A DNA stretch of 64,000 bases from Octopus sinensis (lineage: Eukaryota), in contig NC_043008.1 in NCBI RefSeq assembly GCF_006345805.1, forward strand, positions 14,880,001-14,944,000. Direction: 5' to 3'. Made by a program: the position numbers and the translations under genes. Position 1 is the first letter of the stretch. Each line of letters starts with the position of its first letter. Positions 38,754 through 53,826 of this stretch are shown here, piece after piece. A model generated the notes under the pieces. It searched no databases. It worked only from the letters and a program-made list of their open reading frames with translations, and was not told where the DNA came from.

Positions 38754-39085
38754 AAGGCGTGTGGCGTAGTGACTAAGGTTCATGGTTGTAAGGTCGTGAG
38801 TTTGATGTCTGATGGCGCGTTGCGCCTTTGAATAAGACACTTTATTTCACGTTGCACCTCTCAACTCATCTGGATTACAGTGCTGCAAAAATGAGCAGCA
38901 CTGTAATACAAAGGGGCCGGCCTTGTCACAGCTTCGTGTTGCGCTTAATCGCACTGATAGCTACGTTAAGGGCACGCGTGTCTGCGGAATGCTCAGCCAC
39001 ATGCACGTTAAATTCACGACGAGCACTTTGTGCCCGTTGATCGTATCAACTGAAATACCCGTCGTCGTAACCGACGCAGTGCCAG
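38754..39085 (+). mobile_element. SINE family D with a distinct tail (tail fragment also at 47445-47605 on minus)
   Basis: TGGCGTAGTG A box, core-like AAGACACTTTATTTCACGTTGC, tail ...CTCAGCCACATGCACGTTAAATTCACG...CGTAACCGACGCAGTGCCA. Confidence 0.7.
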
Positions 39086-39124
39086 TTCTCTCTCTGTGTT
39101 TGTATATATGTATGTATGTATGCA

Positions 39125-39156
<32 letters not shown>

Positions 39157-39332
39157 CATACATACATACATATATATATATATACATGCATACATATATA
39201 TATATATGTATGTATGTATATATATATATGTATATATACATATATGCATACATACATACATACATATATACATATATATATATATGCGTTACCTCTGGAT
39301 ATCCTGTTGCTTATTTTGATCATATATGTATG

Positions 39333-39398
<66 letters not shown>

Positions 39399-39991
39399 TA
39401 GATAAATATATATATATATATATGTGTATACACACATACTCATATATATATGCATACACCCACGTATGTGTACGCGCAGGTGTGTCTCTGTTGTGTGTGT
39501 TTATAATCTCCATCCTTATTATTTATTATCATGTCTACTCAAATATAATTTTTCATAAAAGCGATAGTCGTATATCTCGTCAACGTATAACTAATTCTAT
39601 TTAGAAACATCTCATATTATTAACTTCAACTTGAGCGCAAATATTTAATTCAATTTTTTTTTTCTCTTCCTCGTTGTTTTTATTATAGTTGTCTGTCTAT
39701 TTTACTTAAACCATCTCCTTAATGATTTTATTCAATTCGATACCGTTTGATTGTGATCAATACGCCAGCTGCAACGTTTTGAAGCATATTTGCGTCGTCA
39801 CATGATAACAACACTCGATGTTAATCGGAACACGGTTCTTAGATGCATAAATTTATCGCGGTTCTAATCTAAGGAGTAATATTTATAATCTAAATATTAA
39901 ATATGTTTATCCAACTTTTCCGTTAAATTAAACTTATCTCTTTAATGAACAACCACGTCAACAAAACCAACAACAACAACGACCAACGACG

Positions 39992-40031
<40 letters not shown>

Positions 40032-40243
40032 AAACACATACAACACACACACAAAGTCACACATAAACTTAGATAATCATATATACATACATGCATAAAT
40101 GAATGCATATATATGTCTGTCTGTCTGTCTGTCTATCTTTCTATGTATGTATGTATGTATGTATCTATCTGTCTGTCTGTCTATCTACGCTCATACTTAC
40201 AGACACGTATTTATACACACACACACACAGACACACAGACACA

Positions 40244-40300
<57 letters not shown>

Positions 40301-41368
40301 TTATATTAATTAGAAAATAATGACGGACTTTTGTGTTGCTATTAGATTCACACAAAAACATACACGGCAGATAGGTGTGATGAGACACTAATATTTGTAT
40401 TAGGTTGGTTCAGGGCGATTGAAGCTGGTCATGCGATCAGATTTAGAGATATTCGGAGAAATGTACTGTAATTACTTCACAAAAACAGTTGAAACTTACT
40501 AAAACCACTCTTTTATTTATTAACCCAGGGCGGCTGAAGCCTTTTCAGGTCGAACATCATTCAGTTAGGGCAATTAGATACTATCTCTGAATTTGGGTTA
40601 AGAGTTATCGGAAAATGCTTCTGGGTTTGATTTTTTTCAGTTAGACACAGACAACAGTCCTTGGTTGCCGAATTTCCCTTCTGATCAGATGACCAGTTTT
40701 CCTGTATGAGATATAACCTTACAAATGCCGTACAGGAATAAAACCTCTGGCATTATTCTTACTATAGATTGGTTTATTACATGCATATAGTTGTTTTTAT
40801 ATGGTGTGTGTGTGTATGCGATACTCGGAGTATTAATGCAATGTAGACGTGTGTGTATTTGTAATCTTCATTTATGTTATTTATCATGTTTACTGAAATA
40901 TAATTGTTGATAAAATGATATATTAATACGATATCTGGTCAGTATACAGCTAATTCTATTTGGAATATTTCATATTTCTTGCAACCTATGCACAAAATTA
41001 TATTCACACTTTTTATAGCTCCACCTATATTAAACCATCTCCCCACTGATTTCATTTGATTCAGTACGTTGATTTTGATCTATAAACCAGTTGCAGCACT
41101 TCAGATATTTATGTAGCAGTAGAAGCATATTTATATTACATATTTGTATCACATATATTCTTAAATGCATCAATTTATCATAGTTATATCTAAATACATC
41201 TGTCTTATTAATTTATATCATATCACTTTGTTAATTAAATCCTTCTCTTTAATATACATAGATTAAATATTACATAAAATTAAATTAAAAATGATACGTT
41301 ACAGATGGCCATATATTTAGCTTTGCATAAGCTTGTATATATATATATATATATGCATATATATATAT

Positions 41369-41413
<45 letters not shown>

Positions 41414-41437
41414 TATATATTATATATATATATATAT

Positions 41438-41505
<68 letters not shown>

Positions 41506-41769
41506 GCATATATATATATATAAATATTGATATAAGCATTCACACATATTTGTATGTATATATATATATACATATATATCTATATCTGTATCTATATCTA
41601 TACCTATATCTATTTATTTGCCTATGTATACATATATGTACATATATACAAGATAAAAGTATATGTATACATACATGCATGTGTATACTATATAAAATAC
41701 ATACGTCAAAATCGCACAAATGTTTATCTGCAGGTTACCACTGATTTCATATAGAAAACAGATCCTGTT

Positions 41770-42229
41770 TAGGACGCGTGGTAATCTTACATTAATTAGA
41801 TTCGGTTGAATAGTAAAAGAAAGTTTTGTTGTTCTGACAGATCTGATGAATGTAAGATAACCACACTACTCTGATCGGGGCCTGTTGCTTACATGAGACC
41901 AACGGTAGCGTGCATACGAATAACTGATTATACTCATCTTATATGGGAAAAACAAAATCACTCTTCATCTAGACGGAGGTCTTTCAATATTTGTGAACTT
42001 CGGCAGTGCCTTGACAACACATAATAGCACTTTTACTTGTTTCAGTCATTTGACTGCGGCCATGCTGGAGCACCACCATTTAGTCGAGCAAATCGACCTC
42101 AGGACTTATTCTTTGGAAGCCTAGTACTTATTCTATCGATCTCTTTTACTGAACCGCTAAGTTACAAGGACGTAAACACACCAGCATCGGTTGTCAAGCG
42201 ATGTTGGGGGAACAAATACAGACACACAA

Positions 42230-42270
<41 letters not shown>

Positions 42271-43010
42271 TATATATATATATATACATATATACGACGG
42301 GCTTCTTTCTGTTTCCGTCTACCAAATCCATTCACAAAGCTTTGATCGGCCCGAGGCTATAGTAGAAGACATTTGGTCAAGGTGCCACGCAGTGGGAATG
42401 AACCCGGAACCATGTGGTTGGTAAGCAAGCTACTTACCACACAGCCACTCCTGCGCCTTCAACATTATTTCAGACATTTAAGGTTAGTATATTTCCAGCA
42501 TATTCAAAATAGTCTATATTATCCATCTCACTCTCACGTAATTTTATTCCACGAGGCACCACACTATGTATGCACCTGGACAGTTTGATTCAGTACCTTT
42601 GTATTTGCAGTGCTGTTATCGAGGCCACAGTTGCTACAGGCCTTTGAAGATTGATCGATATATCTGTTTGTATCGCGGATTCACCATGTGTAAGCAATCT
42701 ACAATTATCTGCAAGCAACAGTTCACAGACACTTAAATGTTTGATTTTCGTTTTTGCTTGCATTCAGTAAACAATAAACAATTTCCCATCGTATCTGTAC
42801 TTCATGAAAATTCCAAATAGTGATTTCTGGAGGGCATCTTGAAACAAGGCAAGAAAACAGGATGCCGAAAAGAATAGACGCCAACCCTGTTTCACAACAT
42901 TTGTGACCGAAAGTGATACAGGTATGCCTCCGTTGCTCCTAACAACCACCACTACGCCCTGATCAAATTAGCGCACCATGCACGTGAGCATGGCTGCACA
43001 CCTATATTCG
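41770..43010 (-). pseudogene. Decayed RTE-clade LINE reverse transcriptase region, interrupted by a SINE
   Basis: Minus-strand pieces in the expected order: MVR*FDQG, VTNVVKQG, MKYRYDGKLF, LLADNC (from FADDC), FEYAGN (from FxYLGS). The part left of the SINE is weaker. Confidence 0.85.
42031..42458 (-). mobile_element. SINE family A, full length
   Basis: Reverse complement of the family consensus, inserted in the RTE remnant. Confidence 0.92.
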
Positions 43011-43589
43011 GTATGTATGTGTTTGTATAAATATATAATATATAGGGTATATATACAAGATATATATATGCATACTGTATACATTTGAACATTGCTCCAG
43101 TTCACTCACCTGGCAAAAATTAGAAAACCTGAGATGGTCCGGCGTCTCATCCGGCGGGGGAGATTTATACGTCTATATGTCTTTATGGCACGGGAAGGAT
43201 CTTTATCCATTTTTTACACACACACACATATATATACACACACAAATACACAATACATGCACACCTGCATAATATATACTCTGTATATATATACATTTAC
43301 ACTCTGTGTGCGTGTGACGTAGATACTTAAATACTTACATATATATATATATAATACGTGTACAGTTTGTATATATGTGTATGTGTGTGTGTGTAGATGA
43401 GTGTGTATATATATCAATCAGTATGACTGCCTGTCACTATATTTGTAAAACATACTCAAATACGCACGTAGTTTCGTATGTATGTATGCTTATATGTAAG
43501 TGTGTATGTATATATGTATATAACTAGGCAAGTATATATACATACATACATACACACACGTACACACACGTACACACACACACACACAC

Positions 43590-43655
<66 letters not shown>

Positions 43656-43729
43656 TTTGCTTACTTATATACATATATGCATACGTATGTATGTATGTAT
43701 GTATGTATGTATGTATGTATGTATGTATG

Positions 43730-43761
<32 letters not shown>

Positions 43762-43998
43762 CTCGAGCTTTTTTGTTTGCATATATTTCTACCTACGAAA
43801 TGTCTCGAGGGACAAAGGGAAAAAAAGTCAATATCTTATTTAGAGCAAATTTATTGTGTGTACAAGTTCAGGCCAATTTATCCGTTGTCAGTCGAGGTTT
43901 CATGCACGGGGGCAATTTTCTGACGAGAATGGTTGCTAGTGAGACCTCTCGTTCAATCGAATATTGCTCAGGTAGTATACGCTTGTTCGTACACAAAG

Positions 43999-44031
<33 letters not shown>

Positions 44032-44960
44032 CATACATACACAAACACACACACACACACACTTATATACACACACATATATATATACTTACACATACAC
44101 TCACAACAAAGAGGCACACACGCATACACATTCGCACATACACGCACACATACATGCACACACCAACGCACTCACTCACACAGAGGCACACACGCACACG
44201 GACAGATACCACATTAACACATACGCACACACAAAGATACACATACATACATGCACGCACACATACACAAGCGCAAAAGCACAGATGCTTACGCGCACAT
44301 GCACACATACAAACACACACACACACGTATTCACACACAGAGGTGCACGCACACATACACAGGTACACACATACAAACATATACACAGAAACACGTACAT
44401 ATACACAAACGCACATACAAACACACACAAACCCATACATATGCACACACATGTACACATATACACAAGCACACACGCATATACACATACAAACATACTC
44501 ACACTCTGTAACATGCACACATACATACACATATACATAAATTCTTTTCGAAATAGATATCTTGTCGATCGATGCGTCCTAGATGTCACAATTTATCTTA
44601 TCTGTATTTTATCGATCCTGAAGGAATTAATACTAAAATGGAACCTAATCGTACTGTATGATACTACATATTCCAAAGAATTCCTCCAATATTCTACTGC
44701 GGTGAACACAGCCATTTATCTACATCCAGAATATGTTTGGAATTAATTTCAGGTAAGCGTGAATGAACCAGTGAGACGGCGCTGGTACGGCCATGTGTTT
44801 ACGAAGCACGCTTAGCAGCCTGATGGCTTTGCATTCAGTCTCACTGCAATGAATCTTCGGCAAAGGTCTTCTGCTTATAGCCTTTGCCTGACCAATGCTT
44901 TCTGTGTGAATTTTGTAGACGGAAATTGTATGAAACCCAGTTATAAAATAGAAACATCTA

Positions 44961-45371
44961 GGCGCAGGAGTGGCTGTGTGGTAAGTAGCTTGCTTACCAA
45001 CCACATGGTTCTGGGTTCAGTCCCACTGCATGGCAACTTGGGCAACTGTCTTCTACTAAAGCCTCGGGCCGACCGAAGCCTTGTGAGTGGATTTGGTAGA
45101 CGGAAACTGAAAGAAGCCCGTCGTATATACGTACATATATGAATGTGTGTGTATATGTTTGTGTGTCTGTGTTTGTCCCCCCAACATCGCTTGACAACCG
45201 ATGATGGTGTGTTTACGTCCCCGTAACTTAGCGGTTCGGCAAAAGAGACCGATAGAATAAGTACTAGGCTTACAGAGAATAAGTCCTGGAGTCGATTTGC
45301 TCGACTAAACGCGGTGCTCCAGCATGGCCGCAGTCAAATGACTGAAACAAGTAAATGAGTAAAAGAGTAAA
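44961..45371 (+). mobile_element. SINE family A, full length (reference copy)
   Basis: A box TGGCTGTGTGG 44971-44981, B box GGTTCAGTCCC 45014-45024, CCTTGGGCAA-like core, internal TA/TG tract, (GAGTAAAA)n-like tail. Confidence 0.93.
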
Positions 45372-45851
45372 GTTCTACCTGCATGAATAAATTCTAAACA
45401 ATAATATAAACCCAAATTTAATCAATAAAAAGAAGTTCCAAAACACCTTTCCATAACAACCGACCAAAAACCTAATTACCACCCCCTCAGCCCCACACAA
45501 CAAAAGAGGATAATCTAGGACCTAGGTTTCGAACTTTCCAAATTACGTTTGTTAACGTAAATGTGATTTGTTCTCTTCGGCTAGATTCATCTAGACAAAA
45601 TTTCAAATGTTGCTACATCAATGCCAATATTACTCGTCTGAACGCCTGGCCATTAACAGACCGATAACAGTGAAACAGTTTTCAAAGAAATCATTATTAA
45701 ATAGTGCAATACAGTAGTATTGCTTCCCAGTAAAACAAAACACTATCAGGTTAAAGTATAAATGGTAGATAGTTGTACAACAATGCACCAATATTTACTA
45801 GAAATAGCAGGCGATAATATACGACGCTATAGCAAAGCTTCACTGTGTGAG

Positions 45852-45906
<55 letters not shown>

Positions 45907-45930
45907 TATATATATTATGTTGTTATGTCC

Positions 45931-45994
<64 letters not shown>

Positions 45995-46323
45995 GTATTT
46001 TTGTATTTATATTCGTGTAACATCGTCTGTTTTTCCATCCTTGTTTTCGTATACATTCGATTTTTTTTCTAAGGAATCTAATGCTCTTAACTTAGTTTTT
46101 TCCTTAGGGCTGGCCAGATTGGAGCAATCTCAAGATTAATCAGCCGAAATTGCGAGGAAGATCCGGTTCTTGACTGAGGATAAGAAGCTTCGAATGACCC
46201 GTCCTTGTGCTTTTGTATCGTCTACTTGGGTGTTTTGTTGTTCCTTTTTGTATCATCTAGTTGTCCGGATGTTTTGCGTTCTTGTCCCATTTTGTATTTT
46301 ATATATATATATATATATATATA

Positions 46324-46372
<49 letters not shown>

Positions 46373-47152
46373 TTGTGTGTGTGTTTGTGTGTGTGCATGT
46401 GTGTGTGTGTATCTTTGCCTTTGTTCCCTGCCATAGTTGATAATCGGTGTTTTTCTTATTCCTCATTTTCAAATTAAAATCTTCTCCTTCCGTTAAATAT
46501 TATGAATAAATGATTATCTCCCTTGTTTTAACTGTCTGCGAATGCAAAAAATTCTTAGGGACATCACATAATTTAATTTTGAGCTTGCGCAAAAAAAAAA
46601 AAAATAAAAAATAAAGGAAAAAAAATCCCAAATCCGAGATGTGTTAACATTACAGAGACTCATGCCTTATTCTACACAGATATAATTATACTCAAACCTG
46701 AAGTCAATATATTTCGAATGTCTTTGAGACAGATCGATGTAAAAAAAAACAAAAACAACTATCATTCCCCCTGAAATCAATTCGACGAATTACCCCCCAC
46801 CACCAAATATAAATTCCGCTGATTACAAATAGTAAATTAAAAATTAATTGATTACGATTAGTCAGTTAGAAATTAATTGACGATAAATAGCTAATTACAT
46901 GTAATCAAAGAGAATAGAAACGTTTGAAGTTTGTCTATTTATTTTACCTGTACGTGTGCAAGCGTGTTTTTAAGAATGAAATAAATAGTTAATAAGTTTT
47001 GTCTATTGATTGCCTTCAGCATCTGACAATCAGTAAGCTAGGAATTTTTCTCCTCTATCTCTCCATATAAACAGAAATCGTGCGAAATGTATCACCGATT
47101 AAAGAAGATAATCAACGAAGGTTTAACACTCTACATGTGATGAGGTTAGCCA

Positions 47153-47385
47153 ACGGTGGCGAGCTGGCAGAGACGTTAGCATGCCGGGCGAAACGCTTAG
47201 CAGTATTTCGTCTGCCGCTACGTTCTGAGTTCGAATTCCGCCGAGGTCGACTTTGTCTTTCATCCTTTCGGAGTCGATAAATTAATTACCAGTGAAACAC
47301 TGGGGTCGATATAATCGACTTAATCCCTTTGTCTGTCCTTGTTTGTCCCCTCTGTCTGTAGCCCCTTGTGGGTAGTAAAGAAATA
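47153..47385 (+). mobile_element. SINE family B monomer (long tail)
   Basis: B box GAGTTCGAATTCC, central domain and tail as in other copies. Confidence 0.9.
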
Positions 47386-48030
47386 TATAAGTAGTGTGGC
47401 TCGACCTAGAAACTCGAAGCTAAATTTCCTGATTAATTTCTTACTGGAACTCCGTCGGGTACGACAAAGGGGTTTCAATTAATCTGATCAACGGAAGTGT
47501 CTGCTTGTAAAATTTACATGCAAGTGGCTGAGTACCCCACATACACGCGTGTCCTTCCCGTAGTTCTCATGGAGATTCAGCATGACACGTAATGTGACAT
47601 GACTGATGATGTAAAGAGAGTTTGCAGAGAAGTTCTTTTCTTAGGCAGAGAAGCGAGTAGTGCATATTCTCTGAAGAGTATCTAACCAACACGAAACATG
47701 TTAGGGCAATCTCCTTATTTTCCTGTGTCCGAAGAGAATAAACTATTCACCTTTGTATGCTTTCCACAGCACAGGAGCTAAATTACAAAATATAATTTAA
47801 TTACATAACATGTAACTTACAGCTGGCTTTACGCATGCGCGCGCACACACACAGATATATATATATATATATATGTATATATGCATGTATGTATATATAA
47901 CATATATACATATACATATAATATACTATAATATAATAATAATATATAATATAATATAATATAATATAATAATTATATATAATACAATACATATATATAC
48001 ACATGTCTATATATACTTACATATACATGC

Positions 48031-48061
<31 letters not shown>

Positions 48062-48098
48062 CATAATTGAACATATATATATATATATATATATGAAC

Positions 48099-48162
<64 letters not shown>

Positions 48163-48977
48163 CATAATTGAACACACACCACACACACATATATATATAT
48201 ATATGTTCACTGTTCCTTCTACGAAAATTATTTTCAATAAAAATGACAGAAAATATAGCATGAAAATAAACGAAATATTTGTAAAGAAGCAAACAATTAC
48301 GTTATGCCAGAATCAATAACAATGTAGTTCAGTATAAGTTCCACTTCCCGGAGCAGTATGGCCAATAACGTCAAAGAAAAAAAAGAATGTCACGTGTGTT
48401 TTACTGATTTTTCTTCTACTGATTTGGTTATGAAATCATACGAATATTTGTCTTGTTTTTACTGAAGATAGACATAAATATGATTGGATTATTGAGTTAA
48501 AAATGACTGATCTTTCCTGGTTTCAAAATCTCTGTTTAATTCTATTGAATTATTGCAAATATTAGTAAAGAATTCTTATGGTAAAGAAGTTTAAAAAAAT
48601 TACTTGAGACGCAGCCTTTTTTAGATGTATGATGACATAACACACAATATTCAAATTATTTGAAAAATAATTTCTTGACTGTGGTTATTGCAGAAGATAG
48701 AGGGACGGATTAAATGCTTTATAATTCCGCATTAAAAGAATTAATATTTACTTTGAGGTAAAATAATCTTATAGTCAAGACTTCGGGAGAGGAATGTGAC
48801 CGACGATTGTAGATTACACCAAAATAACTTCTAGCAAGAAATTTTTTAAAAATTCGTACATGAAACCGCCCTTAGAAAGCTATAAGATGAAAAACGCTAC
48901 TGTTTTCGTAAAAGCATTGTAATTTAGATCAACAATGAACACACACACACACGCATAGGTGCAAAGCAGTGTTTAGG

Positions 48978-49320
48978 TATGAGTAGAATTTAGATTAGTT
49001 GAAATATGTCACATATTTCGACTGCTAAAGGCAAAATACACTGCAGTTACTACGGAGGAAAAAATTCTCTCTTATGGTGAAAAGGTGTGAAAACACCCAA
49101 TTCGTTCAGTGTCGCTATCTCTCGGGAATCTCAAACATCGATGATTCGAGTTTTTTTTGTTGACTCTTATCAATAAGCTGTACCTAAGAGAGGCAACTCT
49201 GAACGAAATTAATAAAGCTATAGCTTTATATATAATTCAGTCAACACGAACTGCAGTGTATTTGCCTTTAGCAGTTGAAATATATGACAATCATTTTAAC
49301 TAACATAAAATCTGCTCATA
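48978..49320. mobile_element. Unclassified element with about 70-bp terminal inverted repeats
   Basis: Arms 48978-49048 and 49249-49320 (CTGCTAAAGGCAAA.TACACTGCAGTT and its complement); TA at the ends; further arm copy at 50335-50381. Confidence 0.65.
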
Positions 49321-49538
49321 CACACACACACACACACACGTGATATTTAGATTAGTAAATATATGTTTATGGCATCTTAACTAACTTAAGATTGGTTTAT
49401 TCCTCATCACTGCTTAGCGCTAATGGTGATATATATATATATAACGATGCTATTTATATATATTATATGATATATATAATATATATATATTATATATATA
49501 TAATACGATGCTATTTATATATATTGTATGATATATAT

Positions 49539-49584
<46 letters not shown>

Positions 49585-49967
49585 ATATATAATATATATG
49601 GCTCTATGAGTCCAAAGACTCGAGGCAGAAATGTCCAAGGGTTGATGATGATGATGTTGATGTTGATGACGACTATATTAATGTCAATTGGCATATTCTT
49701 TACATTTCCTTAATGTCAATTCGGTATATTTTATACATTTCCTTTCATTGGACATAAAATAATGAATGTATTGTGTAGTTTTCAATATTATTCATGCAGA
49801 ACCTTCCATAAAAAAAAAAAACAACTTTTGGCTAGCAGCAGTTATTAATGCTAACTATAAGACTTCCAGAAATTTTTTTTATAATATCAAAAACTCTATT
49901 TCTCTCCATGTTCCCGAGTCGAAATAACAGGGTGCCAGGTTAATGATTAGCGAGACCAAATGTTATA

Positions 49968-50170
49968 CAGTAATCTCTCGACTATCATGAGTGCTACGTT
50001 CCAAAACCCCGTGCGATAGGTAAAAATCTGCGAAGTAGAAATAGCTCAGTATGTTTTTATTATTATCTTTATAATTTGTATATATTTATTTTATTGTAAA
50101 TGCACAACAATACCATGGCGGTATCGACGTAAGCTTAAATAATAAATCACAATATAGCGAAGGATTACTG
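49968..50170. mobile_element. Tigger/pogo-like MITE
   Basis: Termini CAGTAATCTCTCG / CGAAGGATTACTG; same family as 60133-60370 in the opposite orientation. Confidence 0.75.
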
Positions 50171-50393
50171 TTTGAAACGATATTGTTTTGAATATTATAA
50201 ACTTACTCCTGTAACCTACGGGAACTCAAGAACTCTCGTGCGAGAGCTCTTGAGTTCAGAAGAGGATATAATTGAAAGCTTAATCCTTTATTGAAGTCCG
50301 ACGTTAATAACCCGAAACTCTGAGATCTGTTTATAGCTGTTGAAATATGTGATAATAATTTTAACTAACCTAAAATCTGCACACACACACACA

Positions 50394-50475
<82 letters not shown>

Positions 50476-51842
50476 GAAATGTTAGCGATGTTTTCATGGA
50501 TACAGGGATTTCTTAGCAACAGGTTTGAACACTCAACATTTTCTTTGTTTATTAACACACCATTATATTAACTCGACCAAGTATCACTCCCTATACGGAA
50601 TTGCTATAACGTAACTAGGCCCTAAGGTTAAAACGCCAAGGGTTGCTTCCTCCAGCAATAAATTCAGCCCCACCGTAATTGCTTATAGCTAGATCCTTAG
50701 TATTCTTATCCATGGATACATTGCAAGTGACAGAAATTCAGTTGCCGATAATTTGATTGGATATTCGACACACAATCAATTTATCCATTGGTAGATTTCG
50801 TCGGAGTAGAAAGCTCAAAATAAAATATCTAGAAATGAAGAAATTTAGATATCTCGAAGATAAGTTAAATAAAGAAATAGTTCAAATAAAAGATGGATTT
50901 ATGCATTCGAAAGCTTCATATTTTGATTTTCAATATCTCGTTTCTAATTCGCACACATAGATAAGTTACTTTTCAAATAAAGGTAAAAGGAAAACAAAAA
51001 GAAAAAGAAAAAGAAAAGGAATTTCTCTGAGAAGTCTTACTTTTACTGCTATTGTATATATGACAATTCTTCTAGATCTTTCCTAGTGACTAACACAGTT
51101 GTGTCATTGCTATCAGGCTTCAACACAATTGAATACGACTTAGATCGATCGTTAAGATAATGTTTAAGGAAATTGAGTCTTCCTCTCGTGTATCATTATG
51201 AAGGGGGCCGCAAATAAACCATCATATACTTCATAAACGAAATATAGAAAATCTAGAAAAAACATTAACCCAGTTAAAAGGAGAGAAGAGTAAATGTCAG
51301 TGTTTCAAACATTACAATAAACTGGAGATTTCTCAGCTCAATAATGATGGAATTTGTTCGTGAAATTGTCAATTAACTGTTGTCTTATACACACTTTTAA
51401 GAATCAATCAGAAAGTTCTTCGGGGCTTGTAAATACAGTTAAGCATTATCACTAGATTTTGGCAATAAAAGCCGCATAATTTTATTTACCTTATTATTTA
51501 GTTGTTGGAGAGCAATAAATGCTTGCTGCAGATATGTTAAAAGAATGGTGAAGTGTTTAAGGAAGCGAGTGGTGAAACATAGCTGCGAGAAATGGCATCG
51601 TTTAAGAAATCATAATGTCGTGTCTCCGCTACAAGAAACAATTTTTGACGTTAGAATTTAAGCAAAGTATCCTTGTGTGTTTTCTCACTTTAAGTAATCA
51701 TATCACCAGTTAAAGTAGTGCAGTGTTTCAGATATTTTTTTATAGCAAAGTTAGTAGAGCTCTGCTTAGAGAAGCAGCTAGGTCATCGTATGAAGCAAGC
51801 TAGATGAGTTGGGATACGTAGATAAGTAGGTATACAAACAGC

Positions 51843-52237
51843 AAGGCGGCGAGCTGGCAGAAACGTTAGCACGCCGGGCCAAATGCTTTGCGGTATTTCG
51901 CCCTTCGCTACGTTCTGAGTTCAAATTCCGCCGAATCGACTTTGCCTTAAATAAGTACCAGTTACGCACTGGGGTCGATATAATTGACTTAATCCCTTTG
52001 TCTGTCCTTGTTTGTTCTCTCTGTGTTTAGCCCCTTGTGGGTAGTAAAGAAATAGGTATTTCGCCCGTCGCTACGTTCTGAGTTCAAATTCCGCCGAGGT
52101 CGACTTCGCCTTTCATCCTTTCGGCGTCGATTAAATAAGTACCAGTTACGCACTAGGGTCGATATAATCAACTTAATCCCTTTGTCTGTCCTTGTTTGTC
52201 CTCTCTGTGTTTAGCTCCTTGTGGGTAGTAAAGAAAT
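51843..52237 (+). mobile_element. SINE family B dimer
   Basis: Junction AAATAGGTATTTCG near 52050-52063; TAGGTATACAWACA on both flanks. Confidence 0.9.
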
Positions 52238-52434
52238 AGGTATACATACACCCTGCACATACAGCAATCATAGCACCACTTGTAAGCCATACACATATAC
52301 CACTACATCTACATCACTGCATATACGCTAGTAAGTATATAAGTACACCACTTACACCTCTTACACCACTCCATGTTTATCACTCCATACACAACTACAT
52401 ATACACACTACCACATATTAATACACAAGACTAG

Positions 52435-52803
52435 TCTCTCTATATATAAAGCTGAAGTTGTCTGTGTCTGGCAGATTTGGTAGCCTTCAACTAATACTAT
52501 CTCCTCCAAGACCCTGCAGCGCAAGTTGACCAAAATTGAGAGTATGATAGAAGAAGGCTTGCTCTTTATTCCGTAGAAGAAAAAATTCAAATCGGACCAT
52601 GATAAGGCCAAAAATTATTTACATCAAAAAGGTGCTTTTTTTTCTATGAAAATCCCTATTTTTTACGATTTTTTGACTGCTGTGTCGCTATTTTTCGGTG
52701 TATTTCAACCAGAAAAATGTTCACTTAAAGAGAATAACAAGCTACAAAATTCCAATTTTAAAGGATCGAAACAAACCCGAGCAATGCCGGGCGATACTGC
52801 TAG
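52435..52803 (+). mobile_element. Non-autonomous Helitron
   Basis: 5' TCTCTCTATATATAAA start, subterminal hairpin CCCGAGCAATGCCGGG, 3' CTAG followed by T, no TSD. Confidence 0.8.
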
Positions 52804-52867
52804 TACACTATACACTCATCGCTATCACACATACATCAATGCATACCCAACTACGCACCCACTAAAA

Positions 52868-53145
52868 GTAAAAGGTAAAGACCTGCTTCGGTCATGAATG
52901 ACCATGGGATTGCACCTAGAAGGTTACCCTCCGAGGCACAAGTCCGGGCAAGGTTGTTTCATAGAAGACTAGAAATCGCCCATGCATACCAGCCTCCCAC
53001 CCTCTTCACGCCACCGATGTTATCCAAGGGAAAGACAATGGACGATACAGCTTGGCACCAGTGATGTCGGGACTAATTTCTACAACTGAGTGAACTGGAA
53101 TAACGTGAAATAAAGTGTCTTGCTCAAGAACACAACACACAGTCC
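52868..53145 (-). mobile_element. SINE family D-related body with another tail
   Basis: Minus strand GTGTTGTGTTCTTGAGCAAGACACTTTATTTCACGTT core; tail ends in CTTTACCTTTTAC. Confidence 0.65.
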
Positions 53146-53406
53146 ATCAAATAAAGGTCAATATTCTTCTAGCCATCGCTCATCGTCTCTTTTTAACCAA
53201 ATCCAGTGGCTAGCCTTCTCCACTGTAGATTGGATATCGGTCATGGTGGTATTGACTTTACGATGAGTTAGGCCTAGCGATAACAACAGTCGTCTTACAC
53301 TGTGTCCAACGAACCCTCTACATCCGACTTCGATTGGAAAATGTTCTGCTTTCCAGCCTGCGTCTTCACATTCCTCGAGGAATTCCTAAATATTTGCGCC
53401 TCTCTC

Positions 53407-53826
53407 TCTTTTACTCTTTTACTCTTTTACTTGTTTCAGTCATTTGACTGCGGCCATGCTGGAGCACCGCCTTTAGTCGAGCAAATCGACCCCGGAACTT
53501 ATTCTTTGTAAGCCAGTACTTATTCTATCGGTCTCTTTTGCCGAACCGCTAAGTGACGGGGACGTAAACACACCAGCATCGGTTGTCAAGCAATACTCGG
53601 GAGACAAACACAGACACACAAACACATACACACACACTTATATATATATATATATACATATATACGACAGGCTTCTTTCAGTTTCCGCCTACCAAATCCA
53701 CTCACAAGGCATTGGTCGGCCCGGGGATATAGCAGAAGACACTTGCCCAAGATGCCACGCAGTGGGACTGAACCCGGAACCATGTGGTTGGTTAGCAAGC
53801 TACTTACCACACAGCCACTCCTGCCT
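53407..53826 (-). mobile_element. SINE family A, full length
   Basis: Near-consensus copy. Confidence 0.93.

Noticed and set aside
44961-45035. tRNA genes suggested by A and B boxes
   Set aside because: All such boxes are SINE heads continuing into repeat bodies; no complete cloverleaf with terminator was seen.
46095-46205. GGCTG...CAGCC-GAAA stem and CTGAGGA motif as hammerheads (related segment at about 6530-6670)
   Set aside because: The first lacks a CUGANGA core; the second lacks GAAA and stem I. Probably a repeat remnant that I cannot classify.
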